A stretch of 64,000 bases of DNA, taken from contig OX337240.1 in assembly GCA_946965045.2 (NCBI GenBank), positions 124,001 through 188,000 on the forward strand, in the 5' to 3' direction. This DNA comes from Epithemia pelagica (Eukaryota > Protista > Bacillariophyta). Each line of letters starts with the position of its first letter. The stretch's first letter is position 1. The position numbers and the translations under genes were made by a program. The notes below the pieces were generated by a model. It worked only from the letters and a program-made list of their open reading frames with translations, made no database searches and was not told where the DNA came from. Shown one piece after another: positions 42,250-53,290 of the stretch.

Positions 42250-42854
42250 AGGGCTGGGTAAGCCGATCCATGTTCGGCTAAGTAGGTTCAGTACAAAAGC
42301 TACGTAGCGTACATAAAATCCCATAGTACACGTATTACCTGAAATGGTAGGAAGTCCGAAAAAATGCAAAAACACTCCACGATGACGGCGAGATCCGTTG
42401 ATGCCGCATGCATTTACCGATGCATCGCATCAACATCCTACTACTGTAAGTTGTTTGAGTTTGCTAGTATTACTGTGTTCTGCAGCTACAGAAGATTTGT
42501 CGCGTTGGATCAAAAGGTATACTCATTTTTCTGTGGTGATGTAATCCAAAAACCTTCCTAACTCATTCATTTTTCAAGGGTGCCTGAATCAAAGTGAAAG
42601 CATAGTTGATCTAGTAGTAAAGAGTCTTATTCTAGAAGTGATTCAGGCAGGCTCAATTGTTCAGGAAGTTATTGCCATGGGGGTGATTTCTTCGACCATT
42701 GTCGAGCGATGGTTTCCGGATTGCATTGTTTCTCGTGGCAGCAAGTTTTCGATTTGTGACCATTCGCCCCACTTGTTACAGTGATGAAAATAGTACTACG
42801 TAGCTTAATGTACTGAGCCTACTTAGCCGAACATGGATCGGCTTACCCAGCCCT
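42250..42854. mobile_element. 605-bp MITE with about 60-bp TIRs and TA flanks
   Basis: AGGGCTGGGTAAGCCGATCCATGTTCGGCTAAGTAGG... inverted at both ends; TA at 42248-49 and 42855-56; no coding capacity. Confidence 0.88.
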
Positions 42855-43055
42855 TAGTCTTGTGTCGGAGGTCGGAGGAATGCCGGCTGCACCGTACAAT
42901 AGATATACGAGTATGGGACGAAAAATTCCACCGTGACAGCGTAGACACAGCGCACGATCAGGTATGTGGTGGGGCTTAATTAGAGTGTTACGCTTAAAGT
43001 CTCAGTTTACTGACAATTTGTCAGTACAGAGAGAAATTCACAGTAACAAAACAAC

Positions 43056-44739
43056 GTGGAGCACAACGATCCGGAGGGAGGACACTCCATCTCAATGCCG
43101 AACCTCCGTGCCCCTTTCCTCTTCTGGAGACTCGACGACCCAATGATCCTACCTTGCTTGCCATGGACCAACAAGATGTGGTACACGCTCGTTGACCCCG
43201 CTTGTTGGAAGGACAAACAGCACCCGCTCTCTTTCCATTCGATCCGATCTTCGACCGTCTTTCAATGGGTTGCCACCAGGTGCAGTCCCACTTGGTATTC
43301 CATCCTCTCCGTCCTGTCCTTGTCGTCGTCGTCATCGTCACAACAAGCCTATGGTAGAGCCACAGTCAGTCGAACCAACTACAACAACCGCCAGTGGTGG
43401 TGGCCCTTTGCATCGACGCACCCAACTCCGGCACAACAACAACAATCATCGTCGGACGATCCCCTCCCCTTGCTGGTTCCCGAAGAATCCGATCCCACCC
43501 ATGCCCATGTATTTGCCTTGTTGCGAGAAGCCGTGATTCGAGAAAAGGGTGGCTATGTCCATGCCGATTTGGGATTTCTCTCACCGGCACCAAGTGGTCC
43601 CATTCGAGGTTTGGGCATGGTCCAAGATTCCGACCATTCCTGTCGAACCCAGTGCAAACCAGGAACTTCGGCGGAAAAACGAAGTTGGATAAAAACGAAA
43701 CAAGTGCGACAAAAATGTTTGCGCAAATACAATCCCCAAAAATGTCAAGAATTGTTGGGCGCCGAACTGACCCTGGCCTCGCACTTGAATAACCACTGGA
43801 CCACCACGAGACGGAACAAACGCCCGCGCAATTGTATCAACAAGAAGAAGTCTTGTTACGCATTCCCCTGTCGTATCAAATGACCCGATCGGTCGCGATT
43901 GAAACCTTGTCCGCCTTGATCCCCGACGAGGTTCAAACCAAGCACAATTTTCATACCTTGGACGATGCCGCCCTCCTCACACTGCTCTTGGCCCATGAAC
44001 GAGGATTGGGTCGGTATTCGAAATGGTATCCCTACCTCTTATCGCTTCCGGACGAACCCACGTGTGGGTATTCCCGTTCCCTGCGGCCCCAAATGCTGGA
44101 TGCCCTTGAAGCCATGCGGCATGAATTGGCCATGGATGTCGAAGGCTGGTCGGCGGAAATTGTCAAGGCCGCCTTGTACGCAGATCGGATTGAAGATGGC
44201 TTGTCCAATGATATTGGGGAGTACATCCAAACACCTCCCGGCGTGTCCAAACCGGCCAATTTGAAATGGGCCCTGTGTACCGTCTCGTCCCGCGCCACGG
44301 CCGGCCACGAAGAACATGGATCTCTGCGGACGCGGGGCAAGACGGGGTCCACCTTTTGCCACGAGGCCCATCGTTCGGGGGGACAAAATCCCAAGAGGAT
44401 AAACCAATCCAGCGGTGTGTACAGGGGAACATTGTAGATGGCCTAAAGTTCCTGACCCTTGCGCAGAGGTCGAGGTTGTCCGTGTCGAAGTCTCCGTACC
44501 ACAAAGGTCCCTCGGACATGGTCGGTATGATTTTTAAACAGTTTGCTCGATGGATGATTGTGTTGATGTTGATGGGTATAGGAGACATGAGCATCGACAA
44601 AGTCTCCCCGCGCAATGCGTTCGGTACCATTCAATTCAATGAACCCGCCCGCATTGACATCGCGATTGATCAAATCCAAGAGTGGCACGAGTCTGTGGGT
44701 TTTTTTGACCATAATGCTGGAATGAATTATTTGATGTGA
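43056..44739 (+). pseudogene. SET-domain (Rubisco-LSMT-like) protein with a frameshift, an internal inversion (44329-44692) and a stop
   Basis: Plus strand: EKGGYVHADL, LLRIPL, LLLAHER, PYLLSLP, WALCTVSSRA. Minus strand: LVPLLDLINRD and LRKGQEL*AIYN. Confidence 0.85.
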
Positions 44740-44759
44740 ATATGGCAATGGGTTGTCAT

Positions 44760-45050
44760 TTGCGTTGCATCACGTTGCCTATGCACGTCATTTCACACAG
44801 GTACTAGAGGGGAAACGAAACGGCAAGATGCGTAACCATGGCAACGCCGTTGGTGCATGCAAAAGCGCCATGATTGTCAAACGTTTCGGTCGAGTCGGCA
44901 TCCTGGTCGGACCGATTCAAGGGTATCGAAAGTTCTGGAAGAAGTTTAGTATTATTTGTTTCTTTGTCGCCAATGGGTTTGTCCACACCATGTGGTCGAT
45001 TCCAGATCCTCCATAGCAAGTCCATGACATCCCGTCCCTGATTCGCCAAC
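44760..45050 (-). pseudogene. Possible C-terminal fragment of an amino-acid permease
   Basis: SIPLNR...NGVAMVTHLAVSFPL*Y loosely resembles SITLNL...V..SYPLQF. Weak match. Confidence 0.3.
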
Positions 45051-45490
45051 TTTTTGGCAAGAAAATATTATCAACGATTTCCACGAGACAAGCTCGTAAC
45101 TTGTTTGATGTGGAAGAACAGAGTGCTCCTATAGACTTTCTCAAAAACCAAGGGACTGGCTATCGAGTGACAAGCATACCTAGTGCGACCATATGAGCAA
45201 GAGCAACAAACGACGAGCAGTGCCTCGTCACCGTCGTCTTGAACAGATCGAGTGGCAATTCCTCATGTATCGAGTCATAGGTGGTAGACTCTACATTGGT
45301 TGTGGTTTTGTTGTTTTGTTCGGGACACATTTTAGGAGTTAACTTTACTCCTAGTCTCCTCTCTAGAGAGTGATTCCTAGGAGTAGCAACGATAGAACGA
45401 GCCCGCCCCTCTCCAACTCCAACGGCGGCCAACCAAGAAGTCGATCCAGCCTCCGATCCAAATCGGAAGCTCCAAGGGACGCTTGCAAGA

Positions 45491-47277
45491 ATGGATGGTA
45501 CCACAACCAAATAGCCAAGCAATCATGACGAAGTGTTTCAACAACGACAACAACTATCGAATCGACGCAGCCGCCACCACCTCAATCCTCTCCGTCTTCT
45601 CACTATCAATCCATTCCCAATGCCCAACCAGCAGCATCAGCACCATCATCCTCGTTGCCACGAGAAGACCCGTTGGAAACTACTGGCAACGCGGAACCAA
45701 ACCACCACGAGTCAGACTCGGCAACAGCAGAACCTCTACCTCCATTGTATCCCATACACGCTCGACCACCTCAATCCTCTCCGTCTTCTCACTATCAGTC
45801 CATTCCCAATGCCCAACCAGCAGCATCAGCACCATCATCCTCGTTGCCACGAGAAGACCCATTGGAAACTACTGGCAACGCGGAACCAAACCACCACGAG
45901 TCAGACTCGGCAACAGCAGAACCTCTACCTCCATTGTATCCCATACACGCTCGACCACCTCAATCCTCTCCGTCTTCTCACTATCAGTCCATTCCCAATG
46001 CCCAACCAGCAGCATCAGCACCATCATCCTTGTTGCCACGAGAAGACCCATTGGAAACTACTGGCAACGCGGAACCAAACCACCACGAGTCAGACTCGGC
46101 AACAGCAGAACCTCTACCTCCATTGTATCCCATACACGCTCGACCACCTCAATCCTCTCCGTCTTCTCACTATCAGTCCATTCCCAATGCCCAACCAGCA
46201 GCATCAGCACCATCATCCTTGTTGCCACGAGAAGACCCATTGGAAACTACTGGCAACGCGGAACCAAACCACCACGAGTCAGACTCGGCAACAGCAGAAC
46301 CTCTACCTCCATTGTATCCCATACACGCTCGACCACCTCAATCCTCTCCGTCTTCTCACTATCAGTCCATTCCCAATGCCCAACCAGCAGCATCAGCACC
46401 ATCATCCTTGTTGCCACGAGAAGACCCATTGGAAACTACTGGCAACGCGGAACCAAACCACCACGAGTCAGACTCGGCAACAGCAGAACCTCTACCTCCA
46501 TTGTATCCCATACACGCTCGCATGGCCTTGATCAAGAGCAATTTGGGACCGGGTTGTTTGGATTTGCCCCATGCCTTTGCGTTAATGGCTGGAAATGGAT
46601 CGTCGTCTGCGACGACGTTGGCTTCGTATGGACCGGCACTGGCCTTGTTTGCCCTCATTTGTACCCAAGGCATTTACAGCATGTGTCAAGCCTGGTTGAA
46701 ACAAGTCTGCCATTACGACACCTTGCCGCTACCGCAATCATCCCATGTTAGCGAATCGACGACAATGGCAGCCGCAGCTGTGAATCCTCCCCATGACACG
46801 TCGGGATCCAGCACGGAATCCTCGTTGCATGGGACTCAACGAGCCTTGGGACGAGAAATTTCCACCGCCTCGTCCTCCTCGTCCTCCTCCGCTTCCGACC
46901 ACCACGAGGTTCCATCCTTGCAAACCTTTTCGCATGTCGCCCAAGTCGCCTTGGGTGGATCCTTCACGGCCCGTCGTTTGGTCCAAGTCCTCTCGTTGTT
47001 TGTCCGACAGGGCGGGGTCTGTTGTATCTTTTTGAGTTTGTCTCGACCAATTTGCAAGCCTCTCTGTCGTGGGAAGTCTCAAATGACATAGCCTTGCTCG
47101 GTATCACACTGGTCATGTGTGGCCTCGTCTTTTGCGATGGATTCACGACCTCAGTTGGCTCGTGATCATGCCATTGCCACGGCCACCATTGCCGGATTGA
47201 TTCAATTTGTGCAAAACCAACCACAACAGAACGGCGACAACAACGACGACATGTATGCTCAGGCTCCTCACAATTTA
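45491..47277 (+). pseudogene. Amino acid/auxin permease (SLC36/38-like) with an amplified N-terminus, an early stop and frameshifts
   Basis: MALIKSNLGPGCLDLPHAFALMAG and QGGVCCIFLSL(V)STNLQA. TAG at 45512; frameshifts near 45540 and 47040. Confidence 0.78.
45577..46520 (+). repeat. Tandem array 5 x 189 bp (63 codons)
   Basis: Unit starts at 45577, 45766, 45955, 46144 and 46333; only a few substitutions between units. Confidence 0.97.
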
Positions 47278-50129
47278 GAGCGTGGTTAATGGTCGAAGAT
47301 GTGTGAAGGAAATCGAAACGACCAGTGTCAAAACCTTTTGTCTTGGATCGACAGCACCAACAAGAGCAACAAAGGGTCGTTTCATCCATTAGCCGCTTTC
47401 CACAACCAACAACCAAACACTGCTTCAACCAAGACAACTCCCCAACACTGCTTCAACCACGACAACTCCCCAACCACAAGAACGCCGTTGTCGTCGCAAA
47501 CGGACCCAGCTGTCGATCGAACCAGAAACAGGTGCGACCACCAGCACCACCACTTGGACCAGGTTCATTCAGGGCTCATCCATGAGTTGATCTTCATCGA
47601 CTGGAAGGTCTGTGGCAGGCAGTGGTTGGCTTTCAAGCGGCACATGTTTCTGGTTCTCCCAACAATCCACCAGTCGTTGGATCAAGTCCAACTTTTTTCC
47701 TGATAGTGGTAACTTGAACTGTTGGCACTTGGCCCTCAGTGTGGTAACAGTGATTGGGACCCCCTCCATGACCTGCTCAATTGAAGGTTACAGGGCTTCC
47801 ATCCGACTTAACTCCTCTGCTCGGACTCGTTTCTGTTCTTGCTGTTCTTGTTCTGACAGTTCTTCCTTTTCTCTAATCTTTGACCGAGATGTTTGGCGGA
47901 TATGGTGGTACTGGCAGGGTCCAACGACTTTCCCTCGACAGCAAACACATGAACATGGCATTGTTGCAGCCATTATCTCTTTTTCTTTTGAATACATTGA
48001 GTCCTTCGATCCGATAACTTCATGAAACGAGTTGCTTCCGGAAACAGAGTCCAGGTTGGGTAGCTTTGTCCTGTCTGTAAAAGCAACAAGATCGTACCCG
48101 GCATCCCGGAGCATGGTGTACTCACCAAAATTGTCTGTTGCATATCCAACGTGACGATTGTCAATCCCATACTTGCCTTTCTTGAGAAACTCTCTTGACT
48201 GGGCTTGGGCAAGGCTGTCCCAGTTGACCTTCATTTTTGGCAAAACTTTCCGCAGCTGGTAGAAACGATCCAGTGCTGTGGCACACCGTGTCCCATGCTC
48301 AGATGTCCTCGTCAGCTCCAGCTCCCTGATCTTGTCTTTTGCAACCTTCCCTGCCGCATCGTGTGGTCCCTTGAAATGAAACTTCATTGCGAATCTGTGT
48401 TTGGGTGGATTGCAGTCATGGCGTTCACCATAAGTTGCCAGTGAATGAAAATTGTGCTTACACTTGTACTGTGAGGCACAATTGTCCGACCATATTACAG
48501 CAACCTGGATCGGAGCAAGGTACCTCTGCACCTGGTCGAGACAGGCATTGTGGAACACATGGTTGTTCTTTTTGCCCTTTGACATTGAAGGGCCAAAAAA
48601 GTAGAAGCATTCCACTGTGCAGGTCCATACATCTTCTGTTTCCCCAGTGTCGCTAACAATGATGGGAACCGTTCGAGCAGAGTGCAAGACCATGAAGATA
48701 TCAAGGACGGCATGGTTGTCCACAGAGCTGTTATCAGTTTGGGCAGCACGCAGATCCACTGTAGCTGAAAAATCAGTGAGCACAACGGCTGTCCCTGGCT
48801 CCACTGTCTTGATATCAGTGAGACGACATCGGTTGATCCATTCTGCTTCAGCTTCGTGCGTTCGGCATATTTCCAACTGGTGCTCCAATTTCTGAACCAG
48901 ATCCCCGACTGACAATTCTACATCAGCTAGCTCTATCTGAGTATTTTGTTTTCCTTTGGCGTCTGTGCCACTTTGCGGGGCATATACCCATTCTTTTGCA
49001 GCAACTCTCAAAGATGAATTCAACAAAGCTGAACAATGGATGAACTGCTTGTACTTGTTCCTGACACCACAATTTTGGCAACTATTGTGTGTACAATGCC
49101 ATGGGATCATCTTCGGTGCCATGGCATGGGGATCACAGGGATTACAGCGAAGCATTGGTTGTGCCTCCAGCCCACAGCACGTCGACAACACAAGGTCAAA
49201 GCTTCTTTTCCATAGAGCTTGTTCCAACAATAAACCGCGTCCCTGAAGGTTGTCCTCATCTTCTCAAAATGCGCGGTGAGTTGGGCAGTCACATGTGTCA
49301 AGCTCATCTTGTAGATGAGGGTTCTCCGTGATTGCATTCTTCAGTGCAATCACGTACTCATTGAGTGCACTTGTGTGCAGGTTCACACATGACTGTTCTT
49401 TCGGGGCTTTGCAACACTTGCAACAGTTTGTGCGAAAAACTGTTTCTGATATTGTTTTGTCTGGGTTTCGTTGCATCCACGTTTTGTACAAGTCCAACCT
49501 TGTAAATGTCATGTAACGATCATGCCACAGTGGATCATTGAAGATCCGAAGGGGATGGCGTTCTGCCACCCCATTCACCATAATCTTGACGACTCGTGCA
49601 GAGTCTGTGTCGATGCGTGTGCCGTTGTGCACCTCATCATGCACGTAATCATTAACCAGGCTGTGTGCCTCATCAACATAGCAATCAGAACGTGTTGTAC
49701 GGTCATGACATTGGAATATTTCATTTTTTTCTGTCATGACTCTGGCACTTTCAAATGCCTTTCTAATCAACTGAGTCCCCCGGGCTGGTAGTCCCAAACA
49801 CTGGTAGAGTCTGGAACGGAAAGGTGCGTTATCAGCATCAAGAACCGCAGCTGTTGCAACAGCACGTACAGCATCATGGATTTGTCCAGGACGTGTGCCC
49901 TCCCCTTTATGAATATCAAGAAACTTCCTTACTCCGCTTGCGATAGTTTCTGCGGGCGAACGTTCTTGGTCTTGCCGTTTCAGAGCGTTGCAATTCACCT
50001 CCAATTCTGGATATTGATTCAGTATACGCCTGATGCATTCGACATATACCTCTAGACCATGATTAGCATTGTTGCTTGTTCCTGCTTTGGTCATTTTTTC
50101 AATTGGAACAACCAACGTACACTGCACAT

Positions 50130-50400
50130 CACTTTGCTACTGAACAACAGTTTTCCCTGTTGTTTTATTTTTATTCAGAATTTTTGCTACTGATTACTCT
50201 CTTTTTTTATCTCGTAATTTTTAATCACCATTACAGTTTGATTAAGGGCTCTATTCCGCAATCCATACTGATCACTGTCGTAATCAGAACACTATCTTCT
50301 GAATTATCAACATTCAATGCAATCCTACCGTATTTGAGTAAAGCAACGAAACATTCTGTTTAAGAAGATTTATTCAAATCTATCATTGTGAATAAAGATT
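50130..50400. repeat. Left subterminal AT-rich motif region
   Basis: TTATTCAGAAT at 50171 plus several (T/C)ATTC variants. Confidence 0.6.
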
Positions 50401-50547
50401 GCAACACAGAAAAAGACGACGAGACACATACGCGACGAGAGAGATGAGGAGAGAGAGAGAAAAAAAGCTTTGTGATGATAAATGAAGGAACAAAAGGTTG
50501 ACGAGAGATGAGAGGGACTACATACAGCAATACAAATCACATAGTGT

Positions 50548-51267
50548 CTACATTTTGTTATCTGTCGTACAGATCGCAAGCGTATCGTTTGCAGGACGCC
50601 CATTTTCATCCACACCGTACAAAGTCGTTGCCACAAAGGCATTCTCCACATTCACGTTTAACATTTTGAAGATTTCCCTGGGATAATCTTCTGGATCACA
50701 CTTATCACAATACTTGATCGTCATACAACCGTCTTCCTCGATATGGAAGATCTCCCGATGCAGCATCTGAAACTTTCCCACAACCTTGTTTCCCACCACA
50801 ATCAGAAACGCACTCCGAACCCGAAAGTCGCTTCCCAACTGGATTTGGGACTCCGCTTTGGGATTAAATCCCACGTTATAAAACTGGCGCTGCACGAGCA
50901 ACATCCCATCACCACACTTGTTAACACCACCACTCATTGAAGATACGAATGTCGGTAAGCCATAAACACGGTCCTCCTCCTTTTTTAATTCCTTGTTATC
51001 GGACTTCTTTCGAGAATCTCCCAATGCTGTCACCATTGTGGCCAACAAAAACTCAAAGCCTTTCTTTCGATCCGTTTCAGACAGAGCCAAGAAATATACG
51101 ATTTTTGTTGGGATCTTCTCAGGGATTTCCGCCATCCTGGAGAAGTAATCAATGTTCCATGATTTGTTGGATGTTTTCTTCATGTTGATATCCACGGACA
51201 CTTTCACGGTGTTCTCTCCAATACAGTTTACCTCTTCTCCTTTTGCTTTGTGCACAGAGGAAAACAA
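50548..51267 (-). CDS. Cargo ORF (about 240 aa), weakly GNAT-acetyltransferase-like; 5' end unresolved
   Basis: IVYFLALSETDRKKGFEFLL (motif A-like) and RQFYNVGF (motif B-like). Possible upstream exon via a GT-AG intron. Confidence 0.45.
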   Translation of the reverse strand: MFSSVHKAKGEEVNCIGENTVKVSVDINMKKTSNKSWNIDYFSRMAEIPEKIPTKIVYFLALSETDRKKGFEFLLATMVTALGDSRKKSDNKELKKEEDRVYGLPTFVSSMSGGVNKCGDGMLLVQRQFYNVGFNPKAESQIQLGSDFRVRSAFLIVVGNKVVGKFQMLHREIFHIEEDGCMTIKYCDKCDPEDYPREIFKMLNVNVENAFVATTLYGVDENGRPANDTLAICTTDNKM

Positions 51268-51381
51268 GAAGTTGTGCTGCTAAACGATGTATTAGACGTG
51301 TGGGTGATGATTGCGCACCAGATACACACACATTCAAATTATAGAGAGGCTTGCGTTCTATATTCAAATCATTTCTTTGCC

Positions 51382-51525
51382 GTCTCCCTCCATAGAGTAT
51401 ATCTCCTACTCTATGGAATTTGAAACTTTCTATTATTTCAGATTATAGATCTTATTTCATTTCATATTGTAGACGGTCATTCGCAGTCTCCCTTCATAGA
51501 GTAGATCTCCCACTCTATGGAATTT
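51382..51525. repeat. Two 40-bp direct repeats 104 bp apart, each a hairpin
   Basis: TCCATAGAGTA-n7-TACTCTATGGA (51389-51417) and CATAGAGT-n9-ACTCTATG (51495-51519). Confidence 0.88.
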
Positions 51526-51886
51526 TAAATTCCTTTCATTTTGTAGATATAGTTTTAGAACTTCAAATTTCCAAACTCATTTCCACCAACGTACCAATAG
51601 CTACCAACAGTTCCTCATATGCCACGCCGGACAAGGTGCCTTTAATTATTATAAACCGAAATGCGCGCATTCTTCTACCCCGGCACGCTCACAATCTCCC
51701 CGCGAGACCCTCGCCAAGACATTCGGAACCAATTACTTCTCCGAAGACACCAACAAGCACAACATCTTGTGGTCTACCAATGCTTTCGTATGTCAAATGG
51801 AGCAACCTCCACCATTGACCTACTACATCACATCTCCAAGTTGCTACGACCCTTCCCTGATTATCTCTGTCCCTTAATGGAAAACC

Positions 51887-53290
51887 ATGTCGGATGATCT
51901 TGCAAATAACTGGGGCAAGACGTTTGTGTTAATAGACCAATCGATGTACAAGAGGAAGTACAACACTGCCTTCAGTGAAGATGATTACCAAACTGGCGAA
52001 GCGCTGAAACATTCGATCGTCGACGTCACGCAAGGAAGATTTTCGTTTGAGAAGTTGACACCAAACGGCTCTGACGCCAATCTCTATGCTATCACCAGTC
52101 TTTGTCAAGGAAACAACTCTACGGTCCTCGTCGCCTGTGGCAGCTACGTAGCAGGAGACCAAGGACCACTACAGTCTTGGACCACAACGACGTTCCAGAT
52201 CAACGACGGACCATCCTTTGTTGCACACCCAGAATCTGAAGATATTTCCAAGTTTGCCAAGCAACATACAATTCCCCTCCCATACCACATCCCCGGTACT
52301 ATTTCTCCAGATACCTTGGCAATTTACGAAGATGAATGCCTCCGTGTTCTACATGCCCGTTGTATATACCAGACGTGCATCTGTGAGCCCATTACAACAC
52401 TATTCTTGGAGCTGATGCTGGCCTCAAATGGCAGTGTCCTAAGTGACCGCGCTTTATCTATCATCGCAGCTATTTCCAAACGCCACGGTTTCTACATCAT
52501 TGTGGATGAAATTCTGACCGGAGGTCGATGTCAATCGATGCTTTTGACGATTACCAAACCCAAACAATTCACCAGTCGCGTGGCTTATATAACAATGGGC
52601 AAGTGGTTTCAATGCGGTATGGTTCTATGTGGTTCGTCGTATCGTTCTGTACTCTCTGAACAACGTGCCTTGATGGGCGTTCGTGGTGCCTCTACGACTA
52701 TTGATGTCACAGAGCCCTATCGTTACTTCAAAGAGGTAGTACTACGCCTATCACAAATCAACTCACGCCGACAAAAGGTTTTGCAGAAAATCCTACCCAA
52801 CAACGCATCAGGGGATGATTGGGGTGAAGGACTTGTCATATTTGTTCCTCGTCGCCTTCAAGGGATTAGACAGGGTACAAAGAACAGACTCCTCCCTTTG
52901 TTAAACAATACTCCAATCGACTTCATCCGAACGAATTCCGAGCCCACTTGGAACAAAGAAATCGTCAACCAGAAAACCATGTCAGATATTTTAAATTGGA
53001 CGACGTGTTCACCATTCATCAAGCAAGATGATATTGAAGACGACCGTCAAGCGCTCTATACCGTGATACTGTTCCTAATCGATGCCGCCTCAATCCATGA
53101 TTGGAAAAGTTCCAAATTCTTCCATACAGAAGTGATTAACCAACCAAATTTCAATATGCGACGAACAACAAACGTTCTAAGCCTTCTAAAGACAAAGGGA
53201 TTTCTTTGCAAAACACAGAAGCTTTCTACAAGAGTTCAAGCATGGGCCTTGCTACCGGATAACTTACGAATGCCAACAAACGAGAACTAG
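51887..53290 (+). CDS. Cargo gene (467 aa): class-III PLP aminotransferase-like fold plus possible C-terminal winged helix
   Basis: VACGSYVAG, FLELMLASNG, HGFYIIVDEILTGGRC, YITMGK (Schiff-base Lys position), WGEGLVIF. Intact ORF with ATG. Confidence 0.75.
   Translation: MSDDLANNWGKTFVLIDQSMYKRKYNTAFSEDDYQTGEALKHSIVDVTQGRFSFEKLTPNGSDANLYAITSLCQGNNSTVLVACGSYVAGDQGPLQSWTTTTFQINDGPSFVAHPESEDISKFAKQHTIPLPYHIPGTISPDTLAIYEDECLRVLHARCIYQTCICEPITTLFLELMLASNGSVLSDRALSIIAAISKRHGFYIIVDEILTGGRCQSMLLTITKPKQFTSRVAYITMGKWFQCGMVLCGSSYRSVLSEQRALMGVRGASTTIDVTEPYRYFKEVVLRLSQINSRRQKVLQKILPNNASGDDWGEGLVIFVPRRLQGIRQGTKNRLLPLLNNTPIDFIRTNSEPTWNKEIVNQKTMSDILNWTTCSPFIKQDDIEDDRQALYTVILFLIDAASIHDWKSSKFFHTEVINQPNFNMRRTTNVLSLLKTKGFLCKTQKLSTRVQAWALLPDNLRMPTNEN

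Noticed and set aside
45483-46751. ORFs of 422 aa and 332 aa over the 189-bp array as separate genes; array as CRISPR
   Set aside because: They are alternative frames of a stop-free C/A-rich unit. There are no unique spacers and no cas genes.
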